Shown one piece after another: positions 10,249 to 20,894 of a stretch of 32,000 nucleotides of DNA; the first letter of the stretch is position 1, and each line of letters starts with the position of its first letter. The notes beneath the pieces were generated by a model. The model worked only from the letters and a program-made list of their open reading frames with translations. It did not search any database and had not been told where the DNA came from. Made by a program: the position numbers and the translations under genes. The stretch comes from Cupriavidus necator (GTDB taxonomy: Bacteria > Pseudomonadota > Gammaproteobacteria > Burkholderiales > Burkholderiaceae): the NCBI RefSeq assembly GCF_016127575.1, contig NZ_CP066018.1, forward strand, positions 3,330,001 through 3,362,000, written 5' to 3'.

Positions 10249-11652
10249 ATGCAAACCGTACTCGCTTTCATCGTTGCCCTGTGCGTGCTGATCTATGTGC
10301 ACGAAATGGGGCACTACCTCGCCGCGCGCGCCTGCGGCGTGAAGGTGCTGCGTTTCTCGATCGGCTTCGGGCGGCCCTTGCTGCGCTGGATCTCGAAAAG
10401 CCGCGACCGGACCGAATGGACGGTGGCGGCGATCCCGCTGGGCGGTTATGTCAAGATGCTGGACGAGCGCGAGGTCGACCCCGAGCGCGACACGCCGATC
10501 GACCCGGCCGACCTGCCGCGGGCTTTCAACCGCCAGCCGGTCGGCAAGCGCTTCGTGATCGTGGCGGCCGGCCCGCTGGCCAATTTTGCACTGGCAATCG
10601 TGCTGTATTTCGCGCTCTTTGCCGGCGGCATGCGCGAGCCCGTGCCGGTGGTGGCGGCGCCCGCGGCCGGCACCATGGCGGCGCAGGCCGGCGTGCGCGA
10701 AGGCGACCGGGTGCTGTCGCTGACCGCCAATGACCATACCGAAGCAGTGCGATCCTGGAATGACCTGCGCATGGCCGTATTCGCCGAGGGCTTTGGCGAT
10801 GCGCGCGCCGTGCTGCGCGTGCGCGGCGCCGACGGGGCCGAGCGCGACGTAACGCTGCCGCGCCTGCCCAATACCGGCGGCAATCCCGAGCAGGATCCGC
10901 TGGCCACGCTGGGCCTGAACCTGAAGGGCGGGCCGGTGACGATTACCGAGGTGCTGCCGGACTCGGCCGCCGAGCGCGCCGGACTGAAAAAGGACGACCG
11001 CATCGTTGCCTGGCAGGGCAGCCCGCTCACGCAGGCCAGCGCGCTGATCAAGGCGGTGCGCAGCCAGCCCGGCCAGACCGTGACACTGGGCATCGAGCGC
11101 GACGGCAAGCGCCTGGACGTGCCGGTGACGCTAGACACCGCCGTGGCGCGCGATGGCGCCAAGGACGCGAGTGGCGCCACCGCGGCGCCGGCGGGCAAGC
11201 TCGGCGCGGCGCTCAGCCAGGCGGTGCAGATGGAAACCGTGCGCTACCGGCCGGACCAGGCGCTGGCGCGCGCGGCCGGCCAGGTCTGGGACACCAGCGC
11301 GCTCTCGCTCAAGCTGCTGGGCAAGATGCTGGTGGGGCAGGCTTCGCTGCAGAACCTGAGCGGTCCGCTGACCGTGGCGGACTACGCGGGGCGTGCCGCA
11401 AACCTTGGCCTGCAGGCCTTTGTCAGCTTCCTGGCACTGGTCAGCGTAAGCCTTGGCGTACTCAATTTGTTACCCATTCCGGTTCTGGATGGGGGGCATT
11501 TGCTGTATTATTGCGTGGAATTTTTGACTGGCCGGCCCGTCCCAGACCACTGGCAGGCAATGCTGCAGAAGGTTGGCATCGCCTGCATCTTGCTCCTGAC
11601 TTCGCTCGCTTTGTTCAATGACGTCAGCCGAATGTTTCTGGCGAACGGCTAG
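10249..11652 (+). CDS. rseP: RIP site-2 zinc metalloprotease RseP
   Basis: The product starts MQTVLAFIVALCVLIYVHEMGHYLAAR (HExxH motif). It has central PDZ-like segments and the C-terminal motif NLLPIPVLDGGH. Confidence 0.93.
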   Translation: MQTVLAFIVALCVLIYVHEMGHYLAARACGVKVLRFSIGFGRPLLRWISKSRDRTEWTVAAIPLGGYVKMLDEREVDPERDTPIDPADLPRAFNRQPVGKRFVIVAAGPLANFALAIVLYFALFAGGMREPVPVVAAPAAGTMAAQAGVREGDRVLSLTANDHTEAVRSWNDLRMAVFAEGFGDARAVLRVRGADGAERDVTLPRLPNTGGNPEQDPLATLGLNLKGGPVTITEVLPDSAAERAGLKKDDRIVAWQGSPLTQASALIKAVRSQPGQTVTLGIERDGKRLDVPVTLDTAVARDGAKDASGATAAPAGKLGAALSQAVQMETVRYRPDQALARAAGQVWDTSALSLKLLGKMLVGQASLQNLSGPLTVADYAGRAANLGLQAFVSFLALVSVSLGVLNLLPIPVLDGGHLLYYCVEFLTGRPVPDHWQAMLQKVGIACILLLTSLALFNDVSRMFLANG

Positions 11653-11774
11653 AAACGTGTGTCGGCAAGGGGGCGGTGGTGTCGTCGGGCACCGTCGCCA
11701 GGGACGCCATTTGCCAGGCGCAGTCCGAAGGCATCGGAGCGCAATCCTGGATGGAATCAAAGAGGGGATCAACA

Positions 11775-14084
11775 TTGATCAGACATAAGCGCATTTCGCT
11801 GGGCTTGCTGGCGAGTGCCGTTATTGCAGCCTGGAGCCCGGCGGGCTGGGCTGCCGATCCGTTCGTCGTCAGGGACATCCGCGTTGAGGGCCTGCAACGC
11901 GTCGAGCCGGGTACCGTGTTTGGCTACCTGCCAGTGCGCGTCGGTGAGACCTTCACCGATGACAAGGGCGCCGACGCCATCCGTGCCCTCTACAATACCG
12001 GCTTCTTCAAGGACGTGCAGATCCGCGCCGAGGAAGGCGTGCTGGTGGTCCAGGTCGAAGAGCGGCCGGCGATCTCGCAGCTCGAATTCGTCGGCATCAA
12101 GGAATTCGACAAGGACACGCTGCGCCGTTCGCTGCGTGCCGTTGGCGTGGCCGAAGCCCGTTACTACGACAAGGCACTGATCGACAAGGCCGAGCAGGAG
12201 CTCAAGCGCCAGTACGTCGCGCGCGGCTACTATGCCGCCGACGTGCAGACCACGATCACGCCGGTGGACCGCAACCGCGTCTCGGTCGTGTTCAACGTGG
12301 ATGAAGGCCCGGTCGCCAAGATCCGCCAGATCAATATCGTCGGCAACAAGGCTTTCAAGGAAGGCACGCTGCGCGACGAGATGCAGCTGTCCACGCCGAA
12401 CTGGCTGTCCTGGTACACCAAGAACGACCTGTATTCCAAGCAGAAGCTGACCGCCGACCTGGAAGCGCTGCGCTCGTTCTACCTGAACCGCGGCTACCTG
12501 GAGTTCGCGATCGAGTCGACCCAGGTGTCGATCACGCCGGACAAGAAGGACATCTTCCTGACGCTGAACATCAAGGAAGGCGACCAGTACAAGGTGTCCG
12601 ACGTGCGCCTGGCGGGCGAGCTGCTCGGCAAGCAGGAGGAAATGGAAAAACTGCTGCAGCTGAAGAAGGGCGATATTTTCTCGTCCGAGAAGCTGACGCA
12701 GAGCACCAAGGCCATCACCGACCTGCTGGGCACCTACGGCTACGCGTTCACCACCATCAACCCGCAGCCGCAGATCGACAAGGAAAAGCGTGAAGTCGCG
12801 CTGACCCTGATGGTCGACCCGGGCCGCCGCGTCTACGTGCGCCGCGTCAACGTGGTGGGCAACAGCAAGACCCGCGACGAAGTGGTGCGCCGCGAGATGC
12901 GCCAGATGGAAAGCTCGTGGTTCGACAGCGAGAAGCTCACGCAGTCGCAAGCCCGTATCAACCGTACCGGCTACTTCACCGACACCAACATCACCACCGA
13001 GGACGTGCCGGGCGCGCCCGACCAGGTCGATGTGAACGTCAACGTGACTGAAAAGCCGACCGGCCAGATCAGCCTGGGCGTGGGCTTCTCGTCCACCGAC
13101 AAGCTGGTGCTGCAGGCCGGCCTGCGCCAGGACAACGTGTTTGGCTCCGGCACCAGCCTGGGCCTGGACGTGAACACGGCCAAGTCGTTCCGTACCATCG
13201 CGCTGACGCAGTACGACCCGTATTTCACGGTGGACGGCATCAGCCGCTCGACCGACATTTACTACCGTACTTCGCGCCCGCTGTACTACACCGGCGACCA
13301 GGACTACAAGATCGTGTCCGCCGGTGGTGGCTTCAAGTTCGGCGTGCCGTTCTCGGAAGTCGATACGGTGTTCTTCGGCATCGGCTATGAACGGACCCAG
13401 GTGTATACCTCGGTCAACACGCCGAGCCAGTACACCGACTGGCTGAACAAGATCGGCAAGAGTTCCGGCGACGGCATCAACAACTTCCCGTTCACCATCG
13501 GCTGGGCACGTGACCGCCGCGACAGCGCGCTGGTGCCGACCAAGGGCCCGTACACCCAGGCCAACCTGGAAGTTGGGCTGCCGGGCGGCGATACGCAGTA
13601 CTACCGCGCCAGCGTGCAGCAGCAGTACTTCTATCCGATCTCGAAGTCCTTCACGCTGGCACTGAACGGCGAAGTCGCGTACGGCCACGGCTATGGCAAC
13701 ACGCCGTTCCCGGTGTTCAAGTACTTCTACGCCGGTGGTATCGGCTCGGTGCGTGGCTACCAGACCAGCACGCTGGGCCCGAAGGACCAGAATGGCAACC
13801 CGGTGGGCGGTGCCTCGAAGATGATCGGCAACGTCGAGTTCATCTTCCCGCTGCCGGGCTCGGGCGTGGACCGCACGCTGCGCCTGTTCACGTTCTTTGA
13901 CTTCGGTAATGTCTACCAGGAAGGTCAGCCGCTGAGCTTCAGCGAGCTGAAGTACTCGACTGGCTTTGGCATGTCGTGGTTGTCGCCGATTGGCCCGCTG
14001 AAGATCAGCATGGGCTTCCCGCTCAATCGCGACACCAATGACAAGGTCCAGCGCTTCCAGTTCCAGATCGGCACGGCATTCTGA
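11775..14084 (+). CDS. bamA: Outer membrane protein assembly factor BamA
   Basis: It has a signal peptide (M)IRHKRISLGLLASAVIAAWSPAGWA followed by POTRA repeats (VVRDIRVEGLQRVE, ...). The C-terminal beta-barrel ends in FQFQIGTAF. I prefer the TTG start at 11775 because AGAGGGGA lies 6 nt upstream. Alternative ATG starts are at 11751 and 11676. Confidence 0.92.
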   Translation: MIRHKRISLGLLASAVIAAWSPAGWAADPFVVRDIRVEGLQRVEPGTVFGYLPVRVGETFTDDKGADAIRALYNTGFFKDVQIRAEEGVLVVQVEERPAISQLEFVGIKEFDKDTLRRSLRAVGVAEARYYDKALIDKAEQELKRQYVARGYYAADVQTTITPVDRNRVSVVFNVDEGPVAKIRQINIVGNKAFKEGTLRDEMQLSTPNWLSWYTKNDLYSKQKLTADLEALRSFYLNRGYLEFAIESTQVSITPDKKDIFLTLNIKEGDQYKVSDVRLAGELLGKQEEMEKLLQLKKGDIFSSEKLTQSTKAITDLLGTYGYAFTTINPQPQIDKEKREVALTLMVDPGRRVYVRRVNVVGNSKTRDEVVRREMRQMESSWFDSEKLTQSQARINRTGYFTDTNITTEDVPGAPDQVDVNVNVTEKPTGQISLGVGFSSTDKLVLQAGLRQDNVFGSGTSLGLDVNTAKSFRTIALTQYDPYFTVDGISRSTDIYYRTSRPLYYTGDQDYKIVSAGGGFKFGVPFSEVDTVFFGIGYERTQVYTSVNTPSQYTDWLNKIGKSSGDGINNFPFTIGWARDRRDSALVPTKGPYTQANLEVGLPGGDTQYYRASVQQQYFYPISKSFTLALNGEVAYGHGYGNTPFPVFKYFYAGGIGSVRGYQTSTLGPKDQNGNPVGGASKMIGNVEFIFPLPGSGVDRTLRLFTFFDFGNVYQEGQPLSFSELKYSTGFGMSWLSPIGPLKISMGFPLNRDTNDKVQRFQFQIGTAF

Positions 14085-14107
14085 TTCTGATAAAGGATCT
14101 GTTTCAA

Positions 14108-14635
14108 ATGATTACAACATCCAAACTGGTCAAATCCCTGGGCGCCGCCGCGCTCGCCACCGCTGCCATCTGCGCCGCGGTGCCGGCCACGGCCCAGGAG
14201 GCGCGCATTGCCGCCGTGAACTCCGAACGCATCCTGCGCGACTCGCAGCCGGCCAAGGCTGCCCAGGTCAAGCTGGAGCAGGAGTTCTCCAAGCGCGACC
14301 GCGAGCTGCAGGACATGGCCCAGAAGATCAAGGGCATGGCCGACAAGCTCGACAAGGACACGGCCGTGCTGGCCGACTCCGACCGCCAGCGCCGCCAGCG
14401 CGAAGTGGCCGACCTTGACCGCGAGTTCCAGCGCAAGCAGCGCGAGTTCCGCGAGGACCTGAACCAGCGCCGCAATGAAGAACTGGCACAGGTGCTGGAG
14501 CGCGCCAACCGCGTGATCCGCCAGCTGGCCGAGCAGCGCAAGTACGACCTGATCGTGCAGGAAGCGGTATACGTGAACCCGCGCATCGACATCACCGACG
14601 ACGTGATGAAGGCGCTGAACGCCGGCGCCCGCTAA
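14108..14635 (+). CDS. skp: Periplasmic chaperone Skp (OmpH family)
   Basis: It has a signal peptide ending AVPATAQE and then a charged coiled-coil ([19 protein letters not shown]...). It occupies the conserved position between bamA and lpxD. Confidence 0.85.
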   Translation: MITTSKLVKSLGAAALATAAICAAVPATAQEARIAAVNSERILRDSQPAKAAQVKLEQEFSKRDRELQDMAQKIKGMADKLDKDTAVLADSDRQRRQREVADLDREFQRKQREFREDLNQRRNEELAQVLERANRVIRQLAEQRKYDLIVQEAVYVNPRIDITDDVMKALNAGAR

Positions 14636-14688
14636 GCCGCACCGGTCCTCACGTTCCTTCGTCTTTCGTTTTTTTAGGAAGTACCGCC

Positions 14689-15780
14689 ATGCAGACACCC
14701 ACACTGGGTCAGCTCGCCACCGAGAACGGCGCGCAGGTTGTGGGTGACCCCGACCTGGCGATCGTCGGCCTGGCTCCCCTGGACCAGGCCGGACCGGGCG
14801 AGCTCTCGTTCCTGTCCAATCCGCTCTACCTGCAGCAGGCGCTGGATTCGCAGGCCGGCGCCGTGATTGTCTCGGCAGCCGACCTCGAGCGCGTTCGCGC
14901 CGAGGGCAGGGCCGACGGCCGCAACTGGCTGGTGGCGCGCAATCCCTACGTATGCTTTGCGCGCGTGGCGCAGCGTTTTGACCGCGCCGCCAACACCGAT
15001 ACCCGCACCGGCATCGATCCGCGCGCGACCGTGGCGCCTGACGCGGTGGTGCCGGCTTCGTGCTACATCGGCCCCAACGTGGTCATCGAGCGCGGTGCGC
15101 GCCTGGGCGAGCGGGTGCGCATCCTGGCCAACGGCTATGTCGGCGCGCAGGCAGAGATCGGCGACGATTCGCTGCTCTATGCCAACGTTTCGGTCTACCA
15201 CGATTGCGTGGTCGGCGCCCGCGCCATCCTGCACAGCGGCGTGGTGATCGGCGCGGACGGCTTTGGCTTTGCGCCGGACATCGGCGCAACCGGCGTGGAA
15301 TACGTAAAGATCCCGCAAACGGGACGCGCGGTGCTGGGCAATGACGTGGAGGTCGGCGCCAATACGGCAATCGACCGCGGCGCCATGGCCGACACCGTGA
15401 TCGAGGACGGCTGCAAGATCGACAACCAGGTCCAGATCGCGCATAACGTGCGTGTCGGCGCCCATACGGTGATCGCAGGCTGCGCCGCGGTATCAGGCAG
15501 CACGCGCATCGGGCGCTTCTGCGTGATCGGCGGAGCGGCCAATTTTTCCGGCCACCTGAATATTGCCGACCGCACCACGGTGTCGGGCGGCACCTCAATT
15601 ACCAAATCCATTACCAAGCCCGGGGGGCATTTCACCAGCGTCTTCCCGTTCCTGCCGCACGGCGAGTGGGAGCGCAATGCAGCCATCGTGCGCGGCCTGA
15701 CCAGGCTGCGCGAACGGGTGGTGGCGCTGGAACGCCGCCTGCGCGGCCAGGCCGCCGGGTCCCAACCCTCACAAGACTAA
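14689..15780 (+). CDS. lpxD: UDP-3-O-acylglucosamine N-acyltransferase
   Basis: The N-terminus is [23 protein letters not shown]. Extensive left-handed beta-helix hexapeptide repeats follow. It sits in the conserved lpxD-fabZ-lpxA context. Confidence 0.93.
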   Translation: MQTPTLGQLATENGAQVVGDPDLAIVGLAPLDQAGPGELSFLSNPLYLQQALDSQAGAVIVSAADLERVRAEGRADGRNWLVARNPYVCFARVAQRFDRAANTDTRTGIDPRATVAPDAVVPASCYIGPNVVIERGARLGERVRILANGYVGAQAEIGDDSLLYANVSVYHDCVVGARAILHSGVVIGADGFGFAPDIGATGVEYVKIPQTGRAVLGNDVEVGANTAIDRGAMADTVIEDGCKIDNQVQIAHNVRVGAHTVIAGCAAVSGSTRIGRFCVIGGAANFSGHLNIADRTTVSGGTSITKSITKPGGHFTSVFPFLPHGEWERNAAIVRGLTRLRERVVALERRLRGQAAGSQPSQD

Positions 15781-15792
15781 AGAGAAATCATC

Positions 15793-16242
15793 ATGAGCGC
15801 GGCCGAAATCGATATCCGCAAGATCCTCAAACTGCTGCCGCACCGGTACCCGTTCCTGCTGGTGGACCGTGTGCTGGAGTTCGAGGCGCAGAAGCGGATC
15901 AAGACGCTGAAGAATGTCACCATCAACGAACCGTACTTCCAGGGCCATTTCCCGGAACAGCCGGTGATGCCGGGCGTGATGATCCTGGAAGCGCTGGCGC
16001 AGTCGGCCGGCCTGCTGACCTTCGGCGCCGACATGGAGCGCAAGGAAGGCGCGCTGTACTACTTTGTCGGCATCGACGGGGCCCGCTTCAAGCAGGTGGT
16101 GTACCCGGGCGACCAGCTGCACATGAACGTGACAGTCGAACGCTATATCCGCGGCATCTGGAAGTTCAAGGCGTTCGCCACGGTGGACGACAAGGTGGCC
16201 TGCGAGGCGGAGCTGATGTGCACCGTGAAGCAGGCCGAGTGA
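15793..16242 (+). CDS. fabZ: 3-hydroxyacyl-ACP dehydratase FabZ
   Basis: It carries the motifs [41 protein letters not shown] and GDQL. Confidence 0.96.
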   Translation: MSAAEIDIRKILKLLPHRYPFLLVDRVLEFEAQKRIKTLKNVTINEPYFQGHFPEQPVMPGVMILEALAQSAGLLTFGADMERKEGALYYFVGIDGARFKQVVYPGDQLHMNVTVERYIRGIWKFKAFATVDDKVACEAELMCTVKQAE

Positions 16243-16376
16243 GGCCGCGCGCGGCCGGCGGCAGCGCCGCCGGCTGACTGCCGTGCCCCCGTGCAGCGGG
16301 GGCAAGCGGCCCGGACGGGAACCTTTGCCGCGCGCATTGGCCCATCCTTCACCAGACACACCACAGGACAGGACGT

Positions 16377-17180
16377 ATGACGCAAATCCACCCCACCGCG
16401 CTGGTCGACCCGAAAGCAGAGCTGGCATCCGACGTGACCGTCGGCCCGTTCTCTATCGTCGGCCCCAACGTGCGGATCGGTAGCGGCACCCGGGTCGGCT
16501 CGCATACGACGGTCGAGGGTTACACCACGATCGGCGAGGGCAACACGATCGGTCCTTATGCATCGGTCGGCGGCGTGCCGCAGGACATGAAGTACCGCAA
16601 CGAGCCGACCCGGCTCGAGATCGGCGACCGCAACACCATCCGCGAATTCACCACGATCCACACCGGCACGGTGCAGGACCGCGGCCTGACCAGCCTCGGC
16701 AACGACAACTGGATCATGGCCTACGTGCATATCGCGCATGACTGCACGGTCGGCAACCACACCGTGTTTTCCAGCAACGCGCAGATCGCCGGCCACGTTG
16801 AAGTGGGCGACTGGGCGATCCTGGGCGGCATGAGCGGCGTGCACCAGTTCGTGCGCATCGGCGCCCATGCGATGCTGGGCGGCGCCTCGGCGCTGGTGCA
16901 GGACGTGCCGCCGTTCGTGATCGCCGCGAGCGACAAGAGCGGCAACAAGGCTACGCCGCACGGCGTCAACGTCGAGGGGCTGCGCCGCCGCGGCTTCGAC
17001 GCGGGCCAGATCGCCGCGCTGCGCCAGGCCTACAAGCTGCTTTACAAGTCCGACCTCAGCTTCGATGAGGCGCGCAATGAGATCACCGCCTTGCTGGGCC
17101 AATCCGATGCCGGCACTGCGGCGCCGCTGCGCGCGTTCGTCGACTTCCTTGCCGCCACCCAGCGCGGCATCGTACGCTGA
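16377..17180 (+). CDS. lpxA: Acyl-ACP--UDP-N-acetylglucosamine O-acyltransferase
   Basis: The product starts [35 protein letters not shown] (hexapeptide repeats) and has the C-terminal motif [10 protein letters not shown]. Confidence 0.95.
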   Translation: MTQIHPTALVDPKAELASDVTVGPFSIVGPNVRIGSGTRVGSHTTVEGYTTIGEGNTIGPYASVGGVPQDMKYRNEPTRLEIGDRNTIREFTTIHTGTVQDRGLTSLGNDNWIMAYVHIAHDCTVGNHTVFSSNAQIAGHVEVGDWAILGGMSGVHQFVRIGAHAMLGGASALVQDVPPFVIAASDKSGNKATPHGVNVEGLRRRGFDAGQIAALRQAYKLLYKSDLSFDEARNEITALLGQSDAGTAAPLRAFVDFLAATQRGIVR

Positions 17181-17192
17181 GACCGGACCGCA

Positions 17193-18401
17193 ATGGTCGA
17201 CGCCGCAATTCGGGGTGGCTTGTCCACAGGCAACGGTAGCGCCGCGGGCAAGCGCGGCACCATCGCCATGGTGGCCGGCGAGGCCTCGGGCGACCTGCTG
17301 GCATCGTTGATGATGGGCGGGCTGCAGTCCCGCCTGGGCGATACGGTCGAGTACGCCGGCATCGGCGGCAAGCGCATGATGGCGCAGGGCTTCACCTCGC
17401 GCTGGCCGATGGAAACACTGTCGGTCAACGGCTATGTCGAGGTCCTGGGCTCGCTGCGCGAGATCCTGGCCACGCGGCGCGCGGTGCGCGACTGGCTGCT
17501 GGCCAATCCGCCGCAATGCTTTATCGGGGTTGACGCCCCGGACTTCAATTTCGGCCTGGAAGTGCCGCTGCGCCGTGCCGGCATCCCGGTGGTGCATTTT
17601 GTCAGCCCGTCGATCTGGGCCTGGCGCGGCGGGCGCATCCGCACCATCGCGCGCGCGGTGGACCACATCCTGTGCCTGTTCCCGTTCGAGCCGGAGATCT
17701 ACGCCAAGGCCGGAATCCCGGCCACCTACGTGGGCCATCCGCTGGCTGACGTGATCCCGATGGTGCCCGACGTCGCCGGCGCGCGCGCCGAACTCGGCCT
17801 GCCGGCCGGGCACCGCATCGTCGCCGTGCTGCCGGGCAGCCGCCAGTCCGAAGTGCGCAACCTCGGCGCCACCTTCTTTGCCGCCATGGCTCGCATGCAG
17901 CGCATGGACCCGAACCTGGCGTTCGTGCTGCCGGTGGCGAGCGCGCAGCTGCGCGGCATCGTCGAGGAACTGCACGCGCAGTATCCAGAACTGCGCCTGA
18001 CCATCGTCGACGGCAAGTCGCACCAGGCGATGGAGGCGGCCGACGTGGTGCTGCTGGCCAGCGGCACCGCCACGCTGGAAGCGGCGCTGTACAAGAAGCC
18101 CATGGTGATCTCGTACAAGGTGCCCTGGCTGACCGCGCAGATCATGAAGCGGCAGGGTTACCTCCCGTACGTGGGATTGCCTAATATCCTTTCAGGGCGC
18201 TTCGTCGTGCCGGAACTGCTGCAGGACGATGCCACGCCCGAGGCGCTGGCCCGCGAAACGCTGCTGCAGCTCAACGACGAGGGCAACACCGCCTTCCTCT
18301 ACGAGCATTTCACCCGCATGCACGAGACGCTGAAGTGCAATACCGCGCAACTGGCCGCCGATGTAGTGGTGGATCTGATGCACAGCCGGGGGACCGTCTG
18401 A
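17193..18401 (+). CDS. lpxB: Lipid-A-disaccharide synthase
   Basis: It contains the [15 protein letters not shown] motif and later [19 protein letters not shown]. The start is uncertain. I use ATG 17193, and an in-frame TTG at 17220 is possible. Confidence 0.9.
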   Translation: MVDAAIRGGLSTGNGSAAGKRGTIAMVAGEASGDLLASLMMGGLQSRLGDTVEYAGIGGKRMMAQGFTSRWPMETLSVNGYVEVLGSLREILATRRAVRDWLLANPPQCFIGVDAPDFNFGLEVPLRRAGIPVVHFVSPSIWAWRGGRIRTIARAVDHILCLFPFEPEIYAKAGIPATYVGHPLADVIPMVPDVAGARAELGLPAGHRIVAVLPGSRQSEVRNLGATFFAAMARMQRMDPNLAFVLPVASAQLRGIVEELHAQYPELRLTIVDGKSHQAMEAADVVLLASGTATLEAALYKKPMVISYKVPWLTAQIMKRQGYLPYVGLPNILSGRFVVPELLQDDATPEALARETLLQLNDEGNTAFLYEHFTRMHETLKCNTAQLAADVVVDLMHSRGTV

Positions 18402-19117
18402 TGGCGCGCCGCAATGCCGCTTCTCCCCAGATGGGCCTCGATCTCGCCCCGGCCGCCGCCGCCGTGCAGCGCCTGTGCGGCGTTGACGAAGCGGGCCGCG
18501 GCCCGCTGGCCGGGCCGGTCTATGCCGCCGCGGTGATACTGGACCCGAAGCGTCCGATTCGCGGGTTGGCCGACTCCAAGATCCTGACTGCCGCCAAGCG
18601 CGAGCAGCTCTACGAAAAGATCTGCGAACGCGCGCTGGGCTGGCATATCGCCTTTGCCACGGTCGAGGAGATCGATACGCTCAACATCCTGCACGCGAGC
18701 ATGCTGGCAATGCAGCGTGCCGTGCAGGGGCTGGCCGCCAGCGGCATCGTGCCGGATCTGGTGCAGGTCGATGGCAATCGTTGCCCGCGGGTGCCGTTCC
18801 CGGTGGAAGCCATTGTCCAGGGCGATGCGCTGGTCAAGGCGATCTCGGCCGCGTCGATCCTGGCCAAGGTGGCGCGCGACCGCGAGCTGAGAGTGCTGCA
18901 CGAGCGCTATCCGCAGTACGGCTTCGATTCGCACGTCGGCTATGGCACGCCGCAGCATCTGGCTGCGCTGGCTGAGTTCGGCGCCACGCCGCACCACCGC
19001 CGTTCGTTTGCGCCGGTGCGCGAGGCGCTGGCCCGGCTGCCCATGTTCACCGCCATGCCCGCCACCGCGGAAGTCATCGAGCCTGTCGCGACGGTATCCG
19101 TCACGGCCGCGCAGTGA
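18401..19117 (+). CDS. rnhB: Ribonuclease HII
   Basis: It contains [21 protein letters not shown] and [14 protein letters not shown] 18401 overlaps the lpxB TGA stop by 1 nt (TGATG). Confidence 0.93.
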   Translation: MARRNAASPQMGLDLAPAAAAVQRLCGVDEAGRGPLAGPVYAAAVILDPKRPIRGLADSKILTAAKREQLYEKICERALGWHIAFATVEEIDTLNILHASMLAMQRAVQGLAASGIVPDLVQVDGNRCPRVPFPVEAIVQGDALVKAISAASILAKVARDRELRVLHERYPQYGFDSHVGYGTPQHLAALAEFGATPHHRRSFAPVREALARLPMFTAMPATAEVIEPVATVSVTAAQ

Positions 19118-19142
19118 AGGGCACCCAGACCATCTCCGCATC

Positions 19143-19925
19143 GTGAAGCACGTCACCTCGCGCGACAACGCGCTGTTCAAGCATCTGAAGACCCTGGCCA
19201 CTTCCACGCACCAGCGCCGCAAGGCAGGGCAGTCGCTGCTCGACGGCGTCCACCTGGCGCAGGCCTATGTGGCCGCGCGCGGCCAGCCCGTCACCTGCGT
19301 GGTGTCGGAACGGCACTACGACCATGCCGAGGTGGCGCCGGTGCTGGCGCTGATCGAGGCCGAGCGCGTGGTGGTGCTGGCCGATGCACTGTTCACGCAG
19401 ATCAGTGGCGTGGTCAATGGCATCGACCTGATGCTGGTGATCGAGACGCCGGTCGGCCACCTGCCGGCGCGAATCGAACAAGACTGCATCATCCTGGACG
19501 GGGTGCAGGATGCCGGCAATGTCGGCTCAATCCTGCGCAGCGCCGCCGCCGCCGGCATCCAGCATGCCTTCCTTGCCACCGGCTGTGCCTTTGCCTGGTC
19601 GGTCAAGACGCTGCGTGCCGGCATGGGCGCCAACTTTCACCTGAATATCGTCGAGCACTGCACGCTTGAGTCGCTGGCGCCGCGCCTCGCGGTGCCGCTG
19701 CTGGCGACTTCGTCGCACGCCGATGCCGCGGTATTCGATACCGATCTGCGCGGGCCGGTGGCCTGGGTGGTTGGCAACGAGGGGGCAGGGGTCAGCGACG
19801 GCTGGATGGCGCATGTCACGCGCAAGGTGGGCATCCCGCAACCGGGCGGGCTGGAATCACTGAATGTGGCGGCGGCGACCGCCATCTGCCTGTTCGAGGC
19901 AGTGCGCCAGCGGCGCGCCGCCTGA
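19143..19925 (+). CDS. SpoU/TrmH-family RNA 2'-O-methyltransferase
   Basis: It carries the C-terminal SPOUT motifs ILDGVQDAGNVGSILRSA, VVGNEGAGVS and IPQPGGLESLNVAAATAI. I infer a GTG start at 19143 because the upstream part of the track ORF overlaps rnhB. The exact substrate cannot be assigned from sequence alone. Confidence 0.8.
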   Translation: MKHVTSRDNALFKHLKTLATSTHQRRKAGQSLLDGVHLAQAYVAARGQPVTCVVSERHYDHAEVAPVLALIEAERVVVLADALFTQISGVVNGIDLMLVIETPVGHLPARIEQDCIILDGVQDAGNVGSILRSAAAAGIQHAFLATGCAFAWSVKTLRAGMGANFHLNIVEHCTLESLAPRLAVPLLATSSHADAAVFDTDLRGPVAWVVGNEGAGVSDGWMAHVTRKVGIPQPGGLESLNVAAATAICLFEAVRQRRAA

Positions 19926-19943
19926 GGCTGCGCCGGCAGCGCA

Positions 19944-19976
19944 AGAAAAAAAGCGGCCTGAACGGCCGCTTTTTTC
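19944..19976. terminator. Bidirectional intrinsic terminator between convergent genes
   Basis: The sequence is AAAAAAA-AGCGGCC-tgaac-GGCCGCT-TTTTTCTT. The 7-bp stem is flanked by an A-run and a T-run, so it can serve the methyltransferase gene (+) and ppsR (-). Confidence 0.7.
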
Positions 19977-20894
19977 TTAGTAGTTGTCGCGATCGACCTT
20001 GATCTCCTGCAGGATCGTGGTCGCGATCTCTTCAATCGATTTGTGCGTGGAAGAGAGCCATTTGATCCCTTCGCGCCGCATCATCGCCTCGGCCTCGTTG
20101 ACCTCGTAGCGGCAGTTTTCCAGCGCCGCATACTTGCTGCCGGGGCGGCGCTCGTTGCGGATCTCGGTCAGGCGCTGCGGATCGATCGACAGGCCGAAGA
20201 TCTTCGGCTTGAACGCATACAACGCCGACGGCAGCCGGCCGCGCTCGAAATCGTCGGGGATCAGCGGGTAATTGGCCGCCTTCAGCCCGTATTGCATGGC
20301 CAGGTAGAGGCTGGTCGGGGTCTTGCCGCTGCGCGATACGCCCACCAGGATCACATCGGCTTCTTCCAGGTTCTTGTGTGACTGGCCGTCATCATGCGCC
20401 AGCGAGAAGTTGATCGCCTCGATCCGGTTTTTGTAAGCCTCTGTGTCAGCGTTCTGGTGGAAGCGGCCGATGGCGTGAGTCGACTTCAGCCCCAGTTCTT
20501 TCTCAAGCGGCTCGATGAAGGTCTGGAACATGTCCAGGATCATCGCCTTGGCGCGGCGCAGTGCCTTGTTCGCTTCCTGGTTGACCAGGGTGGTGAAGAC
20601 GATGGGCGGCACGCCTTCGTTGTGGAATGCCTCATTGATCTTGCCGACGGCGATATGTGCCTTTTCCGGGGTATCGACGAAGGGCATGCGCACCTTGCGG
20701 AAGCGCATCTCGAACTGGGCCAGGATGGAGTGGCTGAACGTCTCCGCCGTGATGCCGGTGCCATCCGAGACGATGAACACGGTGCGGACCGCAGGGCGCT
20801 CGCTGGCCTGGGGCGCGGGAGCGGAGGGGGATTCAGGCTGCGTTCCAGGCTGGGACCCGGGCGTCGCCGTTCCGGGCGCTTCTGGCAGGGACAT
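19977..20894 (-). CDS. ppsR: PEP synthase regulatory protein (bifunctional kinase/pyrophosphorylase, DUF299)
   Basis: It contains [18 protein letters not shown] and the P-loop [18 protein letters not shown]. It is divergent from ppsA. I chose the start MSLPEAPG at 20894. The track ORF extends 47 codons upstream into AT-rich intergenic DNA. Confidence 0.9.
   Translation of the reverse strand: MSLPEAPGTATPGSQPGTQPESPSAPAPQASERPAVRTVFIVSDGTGITAETFSHSILAQFEMRFRKVRMPFVDTPEKAHIAVGKINEAFHNEGVPPIVFTTLVNQEANKALRRAKAMILDMFQTFIEPLEKELGLKSTHAIGRFHQNADTEAYKNRIEAINFSLAHDDGQSHKNLEEADVILVGVSRSGKTPTSLYLAMQYGLKAANYPLIPDDFERGRLPSALYAFKPKIFGLSIDPQRLTEIRNERRPGSKYAALENCRYEVNEAEAMMRREGIKWLSSTHKSIEEIATTILQEIKVDRDNY

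Noticed and set aside
11769-13688. Other long antisense ORFs. These are 11769..13688(-), 16143..18023(-), 30659..31924(-), 4592..5782(-), 5529..6665(-), 8098..8874(-), 8757..9857(-), 13925..14704(-), 14674..15465(-), 18299..19222(-) and 23959..24762(-). Long same-strand off-frame ORFs are included too: 27264..28376(+) and 9434..10033(+).
   Set aside because: All of them overlap confidently identified housekeeping genes on the other strand or in another frame. They have the Arg/Ala/Gly/Pro/His-heavy composition of non-coding frames in GC-rich DNA.
15541-15660. Further patches of slightly A/T-richer third positions, at conserved motifs in lpxD (15541-15660) and lpxB (about 18150-18200).
   Set aside because: The enrichment is mild (for example 9 of 40 codons in the lpxD patch). 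I found no associated promoter-like motif. This is within expected local fluctuation without a formal sliding-window test.
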